From contig NC_042998.1 in NCBI RefSeq assembly GCF_006345805.1, forward strand, positions 180,420,001 to 180,484,000: a DNA stretch of 64,000 bases, given 5' to 3'. Source of the DNA: Octopus sinensis. Taxonomy: Eukaryota. Made by a program: the position numbers and the translations under genes. The notes beneath the pieces were generated by a model. The model did not search any database. It had not been told where the DNA came from and was given only the letters and a program-made list of their open reading frames with translations. Shown here piece after piece: positions 24,790 through 37,063 of the stretch. The first letter of the stretch is position 1. The number at the start of each line of letters is the position of its first letter.

Positions 24790-25005
24790 CTTGAGCACCA
24801 CCAGCACAAATATTTTCTCCTCTGTCTTCCCTCCTTGGAATCTTTCCTTCTCCTTGTTTCCGACGAAGAGCACCGCTCGAAACGTTAAACCTTCCTTCCC
24901 TTCTTTCCTGAGCGTCAATAATACTTTAATTGTTCCACGTCCTGCGTTGCTGTGTTTTTTCTCTTTTTTTCTGTGTTTTCTTGTTTGGATTAACTATATA
25001 TATAT
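24790..25005. mobile_element. Probable Penelope-like element terminal (pLTR) fragment
   Basis: ccgacgaagagcaccgctcgaaacgtta (24860-24887) resembles the GAxGA...GAAAC hammerhead-type core typical of PLE terminal repeats; ends in (TA)n. Confidence 0.4.
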
Positions 25006-25077
25006 ATGTATGTATGTATGTATATGTATGTATGTTTATATACATGGTGTATATACTTACATTAATATCGGAAAATT

Positions 25078-25146
<69 letters not shown>

Positions 25147-25287
25147 CAGTGTATTTTACCTTGTTAACAATTAACACGGATAAATGAATGAATAGTTACC
25201 AGGGCAGCAAAAATCTCACAAGTAAAGATGTTGTAACTCCTTGTTTATAAAGGTTGAAACTTCGTGTTTACGTTGAAAATTTGAATA

Positions 25288-25686
25288 ATATGAATAAAAA
25301 ATGGAGTTAACGCAGGTTTAAACAAGTATTTTTACTTTCTACATATGTTTCAAAAATTCCACTGATACTTATTCAAAAGAATAAAAGGTATAAACAATGC
25401 AATCTTCTCTTCTGGAAAGTGAAAAAACAAAACTTGTCAATACGACATTTTAGCAAAAAATGATGGATTCGTATAGCGATAGACAGAACGCTATTAATAT
25501 CGTTTAAAAAAACGCTATACGAATCCATCATTTTTTGCTAAAATGTCGTATTGACAAGTTTCGTTTTTTCACTTTCCCGAAGAGAAGATTGCATTGTTTA
25601 TACCTTTTATTCTTTTGAATAAGTATCAGGGAATTTTTGAAACATATGTAGAAAGTAAAAATACTTGTTTAAACCTCCATTTTTTA

Positions 25687-25693
<7 letters not shown>
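25288..25693. repeat. Long near-perfect palindrome (arms ~190 bp, 34-nt loop)
   Basis: 25288-25478 is the reverse complement of 25513-25693, with few mismatches and one ~8-nt indel. Confidence 0.95.
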
Positions 25694-25729
<36 letters not shown>

Positions 25730-26009
25730 CGGATAAACGATAAAGAACCCCGTCGGTCACATATGATTTCCTGACCGGGCATTGCGTTGTGTTCTTAAGC
25801 AAAGACATTTCATTTCATGTTGCTCTGCGATCATTTTGTCATCAGACATGTGGAACTCGTTGCACCTGTACAGGTAATGTAGATTTGATGGAGGGAGTGA
25901 GCTTATATGTACATAAACATTTGATCACAATAAAGAAATCATCTGTGTGGTTGTTCGGTATGGAATTCTCGAGCCCTCATACATCGTCTAACGGCGGGAG
26001 AGTCCATCA

Positions 26010-26045
<36 letters not shown>

Positions 26046-26109
26046 TGTATGTATGTATGTATGTATACGTATATATACATACATATATATATATGTATAT
26101 ATATATATA

Positions 26110-26486
26110 CTAGCAGTATCGCCCGGCGTTGCTCAGATTTGTAAGGGAAATAACTATAAAGCATTTTTAGAGAGTTATAGCCAAAAAATAGCAAAAAAAT
26201 GGAAAAAAAATTATGGTAAATTTTTTTGAGAGTTAACAAAGGTGGAGTTGCGTCCCCTAGACGGTCTGTGGTTTGGGTTTCTGATTCTCGACCCCATGTC
26301 GAATTTATCGATTTTTTTCAGAACTGGGGGAACTTTTCAAAATTTTCGCTGCGTTAGTTTTGAATTATGACATTGAGCTATGTGTGTGTCAAGTTTCATC
26401 AGAATCGGTTGAAAGCCGTGGTCAGAGTGAGGGTACGAGAAAACAGACACACAGAAAACGCACAGACAAACTGCCGTTTATATATA

Positions 26487-26490
<4 letters not shown>
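26110..26490 (-). mobile_element. Non-autonomous Helitron (family H1)
   Basis: On + it begins a|ctagcagtatcgcccggcgttgctc (3' CTAG plus hairpin remnant) and ends acagacaaactgccgtttatata; high similarity to 52153-52537. Confidence 0.85.
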
Positions 26491-26533
<43 letters not shown>

Positions 26534-26944
26534 TGTATGTATGCATGTACTCACACACAATTAGCAATCGTCTTAGGCTTGAACCTTCTGGACCTTTTCA
26601 ATGTGCTCTCATTTTCAGTAACGGAATAATTGTCTGTACTATATATAAGGGTTTAAACATCTACAATAAATGTGAAGAACTAATATAATCTAATTGGCGG
26701 GAATGAGATATAGGAGTTGTAGTAGGAAATACATAAAGTGTTCGCGTTCGTTTTGAGCGGTAAGTGGATCTGAGAGTTTGTTTGAGAGATTTAATATCTA
26801 TCCATCCAATCTCACCAATTTTATTGCACGGCAACACTTTCTTGTAAATTATAACCAAATTATGGCAATTTGGAAAATTAGTGAAATTTCAGTCCTCATG
26901 TTTCCTTCCATCTCACTTTCTCTTTCGCCAAGGCATGAATGTCT

Positions 26945-27160
26945 TGTTGATGCTACGACTACCAAAATTATGGATTTCAGAATCTTGATCCAATGCTTTC
27001 GGCTGCCATTTTCATCCATCTCTTTTTTAATCTATTCCATTTTACATTGACTAAGGTACATATCACACATTTACTTTCAGCGTAATTTCGCAGCAACAAA
27101 CAGTGAGCGATTTTCATCAATTACGTACATTTTCAGTATTTTAGTTTAGTTTCATCCAAC
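26945..27160. repeat. Diverged duplicate B of 21500-21755
   Basis: ttgatgctacgactaccaaaattatggatttc...taatctattccattttacattga...ttcagcgtaatttcgcagcaacaaacagtg. Confidence 0.75.
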
Positions 27161-28069
27161 GTATCATCGCAGTAGCGTAATGTACATATGCTGGATGTCG
27201 TATTTTTGAAACCTTTTCTAGCGGGATGTCACTTAAGAGCTCCAGCTTCTACAGACCAGTTTCGAGCACCAAAATGAACAGAATAGATATGATAGATCGG
27301 AGTAAGAATTCTTGATGACGAGAGCGTGTAAGATAGGCGTCATTTAGTTTGACTGTAACTGGATTCTATATCAATTATTCCTTTAATGTCACTCTTCACA
27401 TGCTTTTGATTTCTGCTATTAATTCTCGCTTCAGCTGCTCTTAAACCAGTCTACCTAGATGTTTACTAATAGGAACATCGCTTTCGGCTTCCAGGATGCG
27501 AATCTCTATCTAGGATTACAGTTCATTGTACATGATTTATGGTTGACCTAGCCAGCCACCTTGAAATATGGGCATCGTAAGGTATGTAGTTCCGAAAAAA
27601 TTACTGTAACTGTACAAAATTCAAGTGAATCCGATAATAGAGTATTGTTCTTACGTCTGAAGCTTCTGTTTTTAAAGCCAACTGGTGATAACGGTGTACA
27701 CATTTTAGTCTTGCTAGATGTGCTCAGTAACGCATATTCCCAGTTATAATGACTTAGTTATGATGTGTATTTGTGTACGTGCATGTGCGTGTGTGTGTAT
27801 GTGTGCTTGATGTGTTTGGGGGTTGGTGTCTCTGTGTCTCTGTGTATGTGCGTGTGTGCGCACACTGTTTTGGGTATTCATTCTCGTACGTAGGGAAATG
27901 TCAGTATGTTCTAACGAAGAAATTGTTTAAAATAGTCACCTGAGGAAATGCATCTTATATTTTGAAGGATGATAGTGATTACACAATACATTAAATATAT
28001 CATTTCACTGATGTGTTGAGACGATTGTAGGGACTTTAAGTAAATATTGTCGCTCAATTCATTCTCTGT

Positions 28070-28310
28070 TGTGTATGCATGTATGTATGTATGTATGTTT
28101 GTATGTATGTATGTATGTATGCATGTATGTATGTATGTACGTATGTATGCATGTATGTATGTATGTATGTATGTATGTATGTATGTATGTATGTATGTAT
28201 GTATGTATGTATGTATGTATGTATGTATGTATGTATGTATGTATGTATGTATGTATGTATGTATGTATATATGTACGTATCTGTGTATGTATGCATGTAT
28301 GTATGTACGT
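28070..28310. repeat. (TATG)n microsatellite
   Basis: Direct reading. Confidence 0.95.
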
Positions 28311-28586
28311 GTGTGTGCGTGCGTGTGCGTGTTTGTATGTATGTTATTAATTAAAGGTTTGATTGAGCCCCATGCGACGTAAAATTTTCTAGGCTTCTAA
28401 CAGAAACCCAGTTTCTCGGGCTCAGTTAACTGAAAGGGAGAGGAAGCAGGCGGTCCGGAATGGCTAATGAAAACTGGGCTGCCATTGGTCAAGGAGAGTC
28501 ACGTGGCATTGTAAAAAGTTGAATCGACATTTCAGCGAGACCAGATCCATCATAAAAGAGAATTTCCTAGACCGCCTGGCTGGACA

Positions 28587-28632
28587 AGAATTTAGTGTAG
28601 AATTTAGTGTAGAATTTAGTGTAGAATTTAGT
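28587..28632. repeat. 12-bp tandem repeat (AGAATTTAGTGT) x ~3.8
   Basis: Direct reading. Confidence 0.9.
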
Positions 28633-28711
28633 CTAACCGGTCTGTAAAGGGGCTTGCTTGTTTATACCAAATATATTAGTGCTTTGATATATGTACGTAT
28701 GTATCTGCTAT

Positions 28712-28762
<51 letters not shown>

Positions 28763-29579
28763 TGTGTGTGTGTGGTGTGGTTTGACTTATGCCGGCACCA
28801 TATTTTCATATATGTCTCTGAATATCTGACTGCCAGAAACAGGGCCGTATCCTGAGAAGATACAGAATATATGAAGAATATATTTCAATATGACTTGATT
28901 ATATTTTGATGTTTCTTCTAGCCTGTTTCATCTACACATATATGTTTGTGTGTGTATGTGTGCATATATGTATATTCGCACACACCAACAAACACGCATA
29001 CACATAAACAGAAACACGCGTACACACATACATATATATTATACGCATTTATATACATAAATACCCGCATATAAACACAGACATGTGTTGTGATTTTCAT
29101 CTTAAGGCGCTGGGATTCACATAAACACAAAGTGCACGCACGATCAAAAGATGACAATTACAGACTGTCAAAGGTACTGTCAAAATATGTAACACATTTA
29201 TAAAATTTGACCTTCAACAAGATCCACATATGCAATGCCATCCCTGCTTGCGGCGGCCATTTATATATGTGCACTCGTACATGTACATATTTACATGTAT
29301 ACATACTCATATCTACGCATACATACATGCCTACATATATACATATACTTACACACACGAATATAATTATTTGAAAACACGTCTGCATCGATGTATTGCT
29401 TCAAATGGAGAATAGTTTGAAGGCGGTAAAAGTATAAACATTAATGCCTAAGTGAATATAGTAAGATTGTAAAGTTCCCGTTTCGTTTTGGGTACCCCTT
29501 CGTACATAAAAGAAATCCTACAAATCGACACATGCACTGACTCCAAATGCTGCACTTATAAACACATACGTACACAAAG

Positions 29580-29640
29580 ACACTATTGACGTTGTTGAAC
29601 TTGCCATGAAGTAACCTTGGATCTAGGTTAGAAACCAGCA
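29580..29640 (+). mobile_element. Terminal-module fragment of the R4-like LINE
   Basis: ttggatctaggttagaaaccagc matches atgaatctaggttagaaatcggc at 17727-17749. Confidence 0.6.
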
Positions 29641-29647
29641 TACATAA

Positions 29648-29996
29648 AAATTAGGCTTCTCAAAACCAGAAAGGAGAAAGCTAATTCAAAGACTACAAAT
29701 CCAATCCATCATTGGAACTGTAAAAATGTGTAAAACCTTTCAGAAGTTTATCAATTAAGGATATATAAGCATTTCTAGATACGCAACTATATGCATGAGA
29801 ATACATACATAAAACAAACATATCAGCACATACATACATACATACATACATACATACATACATACATACATACATACATACATACATACATACATACATA
29901 CATACATACATACATACCCTGCTGTTGATTTTGAAATTCCAATGAAACCAGCTCTTTCTCTATTGTCAAGAAATTTTGCAATAAAACTGAATAATT
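29648..29996 (+). mobile_element. R4/Dong-like LINE, 5'-truncated copy 3 (RLE C-terminus, UTR, (TACA)n, terminal module)
   Basis: KLGFSKPERRKLIQRLQIQSIIGTVKMCKTFQKFIN* and UTR aligned with 17455-17640; module 29917-29996 matches 17684-17794 with an internal deletion. Confidence 0.8.
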
Positions 29997-31469
29997 ATAT
30001 ACATAATTACATGCATACATACATAATGTATATCCTGCCATTCAAAACAATAAGGTGGTTGTGATTCCACGTTGAGTCGTTAGTGTCGTTAAATAATTTG
30101 AAAACTTTATTAGCATCACAGAATATCATTTCTCTCCTTCCTTTACTTGTCTGTTAGGGGGTAAAATATGCATACATCATTAACAACTTTTGCAAACTCG
30201 GGTTATTATTGTGAGTGTATGAAGTTAAACTTATGTGATGTTATTCTTTTACGATTATCATTTTGCCAAGAACTGAAATATGAAAATATATATTTGAGTT
30301 TTGTGAAACCTTATCCGGTTCAGACACATTCAAAATGTTATCGTATAGGCTTCTGAACGTGCCGACTGCATTTTAAGGCACGGCTTCCAAAATATGAGAC
30401 GCATTACACTCACCAACCCTAATGCATGCCACATTTACGGTGTCAGACAGAGAGAAGACCACATGGATGAAAAATAGATAAAAGCTAAAAGAAAATAGAT
30501 GAAAGTTTCTTGAAAAGAAAGCCAAAACATAAATAGTACGGAAAGTAAAATGGCGCAATATATAATAGAAAAATATTTAAATATAAAGCAGACACACACA
30601 CACACAAATACACACATGTACACGCACGTACGCACATACTTGCACATACATAGATCACATTCACAAACACATGCACATCCATACACCAAACATATATATT
30701 CATAGTCATAGACAAACAGAAATGAATGCAAATACCAACATACAGAGATGTGTATGAATACCGACCAAAACATAAGAAATAAAACACAAGTAGAAAGAAA
30801 ACAGACAAAATTTTGACTCGGGTCGTCTGAAGTACAAGAAAGTAGAATAACGAGAAATTCAGATCTTTTATTTGTTTTTTTTTCCTCTTTGGCCCTTCCC
30901 TCTATTATATTTCTGTGAACAGTAATGTCTCCAGAAGAGCGAGCATGTCTGACGACAGCTGCAGAAACAGCAGGCGAATGTTTACGATTGGGTGCGAGCC
31001 GTTTCATATCCCAGTGGGAGATTTACTAACTCTCAGCTATTATGTTGTGGGGTTTTTTGAATTGTTGCGCTCGTCGTTGATTATAAACATGATGTTCTTT
31101 CTAGAAGATAGAAAAAGAATAAATTCCACACCAAAAAAATATTTCTGAAATATATTTATTATTTTATATATATCTTTGTATTTTACATCATTAGTCATTT
31201 GTGCTGAAAGTTCTCGTGTTGGCATCCACTCACAGTTGGGGTTAGTTCACTATATTTAGGTATCTGATGACATTGGAAAATGTATGGGCAACGTACCTTC
31301 CCATTTCCTCCTCGCTGAAAAAATGTCTTAGGATTTGTGTTTATATTCACACCAGTAATTTCACATGTATTTATACACTTGAGTAATACGAAATGTAACT
31401 CAGACTATAGGAATCCCGATAAATGTTTAAATTATAAATTTTACACGATTCTGGTTATAAGTCGCTTAT

Positions 31470-32046
31470 ATACATGCATACTTAAATACATGCATTCATA
31501 CATACATACATACATTCATATATACATACATACATGCATTCATATATACATACATACATTCATACATTCATACATACATACCTACATACATACATACATT
31601 CATACATACATACATACATACATTCATACATACATACATACATACATTCATATATACATACATACATACATACATACATACATAGATACATACATTCATA
31701 CATACATACATACATACATGCATACATACATACATACATACATACATTCATACATACATACATACATACATACATACATACATACATACATACATACATA
31801 CATACATACATTCATACATACATTCATACATACATACATACATTCATACATACATACATACATACATACATACTACATTCATACATACATACATATACAT
31901 ACATACATACATACATACATTCATACATACATTCATACATACATACATACATTCATACATACATACATACATACATACATACATACATTCATACATACAT
32001 ACATATACATACATACATACATGCATACATACATACATACATACAT
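31470..32046. repeat. Long (TACA)n array with TTCA interruptions
   Basis: Direct reading, about 570 bp. Confidence 0.95.
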
Positions 32047-33169
32047 AAAGTGCCGCCACATAGTGAAACAAAGATATAAATAAGACAGTTACTACAACTT
32101 TGCGTCAGAATTAGTTTAATTCCGGCCGCGGTGATGACAAAGGATCACAGTTTGTAACTGTATAGAAAAAAGCCTCTTAGTTCTCAGTAAGTTGTCGGTG
32201 TTATTGTGATATGAAATGGCTAATACACCCGCGCACAGTATGAAGATTTATAAACTTAGTAAACTGACAACGTGAGTAGGATATGATGTATCCCTCTGTT
32301 TTAGTTCATAGTAAGTCTTTATGTGTTTTAAACATGCAAATGTACTTGTATACTAAATATTTTATTTTCCCTGCTGTGCTGGTGAATTACACAATCTTTT
32401 TACAGTTGCTACTAACACAATATTTAAATTAGCAAAACCTCGCGTGAGCTACTCTGTATTTTGCATATAGTAATGAGGTTTTCCTTCGGCAGTACCAAAA
32501 CAAAATGTGACCAAACATCCTCGATACATGCGCCAAGCCACGCAGAGTTGGAGGGCAATTTATTTCTCTTCACAGAGCAATAATAATTTTGGAATATATA
32601 AAAGTATTCCGATTTACTGCAAAATGTAAGTCTGTGTGTGTGTATATTTGTCTTGTCTTTGGCCCTCAACTTCCAATGGAGCCTTCCAAAGGCGCCATCG
32701 TGAAAATGGTAAACCATGCTGAATACCGGATCTCCGATTTCCGCTAGTGATTTGCATTCGTTCATATTGTACCTTCATCTTCTCCTTTGTCTCTGTTTTT
32801 CTTTCTCTACAGTTCCTTCATGAATGTTTATATAAGGCCTTAGAATCGACTCAATTCGCACAGCATTCATTACCTTCCGAAGTTTGGATTGCTAAACTCA
32901 GGCATTCCATGAGAGCCTTACTATATGTCTTCTATAATATCAATTATCTGGGCTTTAGCTCAGACCGATATTTAGTTCAGACCGGCAGGCATCCCTGCAG
33001 TTTCTAACCAATAGCAATTGTTAGGATCGAAAAGGTAATGAATGCTGTGAGAGGAACCAAAAGGTATGAGGGGGAGGGAGAGGAGGAGCGAGATGAACAT
33101 TAAGATGCTCAGCTGATCTTAACTGACCTCGGTTTATATTCATGTTAGGAATTTTAAATCGTTTTGCTG

Positions 33170-34601
33170 TCAGTTGCAGTAGACAACTGCCTGGACACCT
33201 CCAAACAAGTCTGGCATATGACAATAAAGTTCGTAGGGCAGACCATCCAAGCCTGGTGACTTGTCTCTCGCACAGCCTGCCATCGCATGCCGTACGTCCG
33301 CGGCTGTAATGGGTCTTTCACAACACTCTGCCTCTCTTGCTGTGAGTCGTGGAAGGCAAAGCAGGTAGGCACTAAAGTCCACTCTGCGTTCTGTCCCACC
33401 AGTTGTCCCAAACAGTCGGACAAAGTGTTGTTGAAAGGCTTCACATATCCTTTCAGGCTCGAGTAATTCGCGCTCCAGTTCATCTGTAAGTAGCCTAATG
33501 GTGGTTCTGTTGCTCCGTAGCGCCACCGCCACTCGGGCCTCTCGGGCGGCTCCAGCTCCTTCCTTCCTCAGAGCACGAATCCTAGCTTTGACAATGCATC
33601 ATCCTTCGTGTTTGGCGTTGAAATGTTGGTCGAAAGCCAGTACATTGGACGCGATGCCAGTTCTAAGTGCCTCTTCTAATTTCTTAACTAGGTCACCCTC
33701 TGTTTTATTTCGGTCTAATGCAAGGGCCTTACTGTACCTAACCGATTCTGCTTTAATTGCTTTCTTTAGAGCATACCACCATCTGTTGTTGATGATGGCA
33801 CCCGTCAATACTCTCTTAACTAATGTGCTAATCCGGTCACTGTAAGCCTGACGTGCCGTGAACGATGCGTTCAGCTTCCAGTAACCGGGACCTGCCTATA
33901 TGTCTTATCTAAGTCAAGTCTGCAAGTCACAAATTTGTGGTCTGTGCAGCTAACTATATGGAATTGTAGACAACCTTCACTATCCTTATCCACTGTCCTA
34001 CAGAATACTCTATCTAAGTACGATCTGGACGGCCCGATGCGGTTGCTCCATGTCCACATTGACACATTCGGGTGCTCCAGTCGGTACATATCAGACAGTT
34101 GGAAACGTCTGAGCAGTTCTTTGGGGCATTTACATCCCCTGCTATTACTAGTCTAGACGCGTGTCCAGGGTAGCGTTCCAATCCCCCTCTAAAAGTAAAG
34201 GTCGAGACGTTCCCAGGAAAACCTCTTGACGTCGAAAGAAATCTGGCAGGCCTGTTAAGGACGGTGCATAAACTGTTATCAGTCGAAAAGCACACCCATT
34301 ACTGCCATCGACACCCAAGACGACCAGCCTACCCTCCGGGTCTAGGAAAATTGTTCTTACTTTGAGGTCCAGACTCTTCCGAAGAAGCACCGCGATGTTA
34401 CATCAGCCCATTCTCGGCAGACCGGAGAAAAGTAAATGTCGAAATGTGCGCCGAACATGTGCTGGAGTGCCCACAGGCTGTAAAGTCTGGTCTCACTGAT
34501 GGCTATGATACGCAGATTTTGTGATTGATGTCGTTTAACAGGTAACCTTGTTTCCAAGGCGACCCCAAGCCACGTACATTTATACTGCCTATTTTGAGCA
34601 T
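33170..34601 (-). pseudogene. Decayed ORF2 of an L1/Tx1-type LINE (APE endonuclease to start of RT), 3'-truncated
   Basis: Frameshifted minus-strand peptides in the expected order: MLKIGSINVRGL (ATG 34601), IAISETRL, FRLITVYAPS, GDWNATLD, SYLDRVF...TDHKFV, GPGYWKLNAS, WWYALKKAIK, KSPGLDGLPYELY. Confidence 0.9.
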
Positions 34602-34628
34602 GTTCCTATCGAAAGTTGTATTTTACAC

Positions 34629-34646
34629 ACGAAATGAAGACGAAAC

Positions 34647-34686
<40 letters not shown>
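34629..34686. repeat. (AG)n microsatellite just upstream of LINE ORF2
   Basis: Direct reading. Confidence 0.95.
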
Positions 34687-34709
<23 letters not shown>

Positions 34710-35049
34710 CTTACTGTCCGAAAGATCTTTGTTCTTTACCTCACAGTCTTCTCCCAGAAGGTTTTTGTATAGTTTTTTGAACAGGTATTTTTGAAAATCT
34801 CCCAACTGCATCAGGGTAGAGAGATTTCAGGATGAGTTATGTGTATGATTTTACTGTGTTGTGGTGGTGTTGTGCGTGGCTGGTTCTTTGTTTTGTTATC
34901 ATTTTCTGTTATGCTGGTGCTTGACCTAATGTATTCCATTAGATCTGGGTTGTTGGCGTTTATGGCTGTCAACATTGTTGGGTGGTTTGGTGTTAGTGAG
35001 ATAGATAGATATGTCTATATATATGTGTGTGTGTGTTGTGATGTGAAAG

Positions 35050-35365
35050 TGTATGACCAAATGGTTAGGTTATTCGGCTCACAATCGTAAGATTGTGAGT
35101 TCGATACCCCGCGAAGAGTGGTGTTCTTCTGAAACATTATTTCACATTCTTCAAGTCCACCCAGCTGATAAACAGGAGCAGTGCCATTATTTTAAAAGGC
35201 CAGCCTTCTCACATCCTCTGTCACACTGAATCTCTCTGGAAACTACGTTCAGAGTTCGCGTGTCTGTGCAGTGCTCAGTCACTTAGGCGTTAATTTCACA
35301 AGCAGCTTGTTCAGTTGATCTGATCATTTGGAACCCTCATCGTTGTAACCGATAGAGAGTCAGTT
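35050..35365 (+). mobile_element. Degenerate tRNA-derived SINE (family D)
   Basis: A-box-like tgaccaaatggttagg, B box gagttcgatac, then ttatttcaca...gtccacccagctg, a CORE-like segment (recalled resemblance). Confidence 0.55.
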
Positions 35366-35381
35366 TTGTGTGCATCATGCA

Positions 35382-35414
<33 letters not shown>

Positions 35415-36193
35415 TTATAGTATACAGTACTCAGGTGCACCACAACTTGTCAAAAGTGCGTATAAAGCATATGCAGTAATGTACAAATGTGTGTATTGAT
35501 TGGGTGTTGTGTTTGTGTGTGCAAATGAAACACATAATAGATAGACGCATAGGAATCTTGCCAATATACATGTAGTTCATCTATATGCGATATCAAACCA
35601 TTGATAGTGTAAACGATTCAACTGGTTTGTGTTAATTAAGCTAATTGGAAGACTATATCTCAAATGTACAGTATAAGGAAATATGGAATAATTATCACAA
35701 ATTGCTTCTCTAGGTATGTAGATTTGGTGAGGACTGCTATCTCACAAGGAATTGTTGAGCTGCTGACAATTGTATGCTTAACCACAAAGAGTTGTTGACA
35801 GTATGTTAGTTGGTATATGGATCAACAAGGAACAGGCGCAGACACAAATCGATTACATTACTTGCCACTATGAATTAGTTACGGTGTTAGAAATGAGGTA
35901 AACAAGCTTAAGGTTTACACTACGGGGAATACCTTGCAAGACCTACATACATACGTACGTACACACATATATATAGGTACATACACACTCGTACTTAATA
36001 AATACATATGTACATGCATACATACATGATAAATACGTACGAACACACATACATACATATATATATACACATACATATATACATACACGCACATATATAC
36101 ATACGTATATGCATACATACATACATACATAAATACATGCACACATACATACATACGTACATACATACATACATACATACATACATACATACA

Positions 36194-36228
<35 letters not shown>

Positions 36229-36259
36229 GATAGCTGTTAACTCGTACATAAGAATAAAC

Positions 36260-36493
36260 TATTTCTTTACTACCCACAAGGGGCTAAACACAGAGAGGAC
36301 AAACAAGGATAGACAAACGGATTAAGTCGATTATATCGACCCCAGTGCGTAACTGTTACTTATTTAATCGATCCCGAAAGGATGAAAGGCAACGTCGACC
36401 TCCGCGGAATTTGAACTCAGAACGTAGCGGCAGACGAAATACTGCTAAGCATTTCGCCCAGCGCGCTAACGATTCTGCCAGCTCACTGCCCTA
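36260..36493 (-). mobile_element. Family-A SINE, full length, ~15-bp TSD
   Basis: Reverse complement of family A; tacataagaataaac (36245-36259) versus tacataagtataaac (36494-36508). Confidence 0.9.
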
Positions 36494-36510
36494 TACATAA
36501 GTATAAACCT

Positions 36511-37063
36511 CACTCTCAACCATTTTTTTATCAATGGATCCCTTTGGTTGCTATTTTCCTCTGCTGAACCTCCATTGCCATTCGACATTTTAACACTTGT
36601 TTTATAGAAGTATCTTACAAAATTACTATTTTGCGTTCCACATATAAACTTGTATAGGTTGAACTATATAACATGTTAGAGAAAGAAATCCTAATGTTTC
36701 CTACAATAAATACATGTAAAGCAATTTCTTTTCAGCACGGTTTTGTCGGTGAACAGGTCGCGATCTCAAAGCGACGAAAAGATTTTGACAAATTAAATTT
36801 AAATGTTGAAGTGAATCTAACGGTTTTTATGTGTTTCTTAAATGGTTTATAAACACCTTCCACCCTGCAATTGTTTTCGTTCTAGCACACTATCTCAGAT
36901 CAGGTCACTTGCTATGCAAGTACATCTCCTTAATTTCTTTTCATAGACTGTTAATATACTACTGTGGGTCCCCAGTTTAGTATTTTGCTTGTGTGGGCAC
37001 TCAATAATTTTGTACGGATCTCCAAGAGCCATATAGACCCCCGCCCTCGGTTGAGACCCACTG
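36511..37063. mobile_element. Possible hAT-type MITE
   Basis: Right end ggttgagacccactg reads CAGTGGGTCTCAACC on the minus strand (hAT/Charlie-like TIR); only tctcaacc remains of the left end. Confidence 0.35.

Noticed and set aside
30435-31007. 190-aa minus-strand ORF
   Set aside because: The C-terminal half is TG microsatellite and T-rich sequence; no recognisable domain.
32424-32765. SLAEIGDPVFSMVYHFHDG resembling the RTE RT motif ...FHDG
   Set aside because: Only one short motif, with no flanking RT motifs in any frame.
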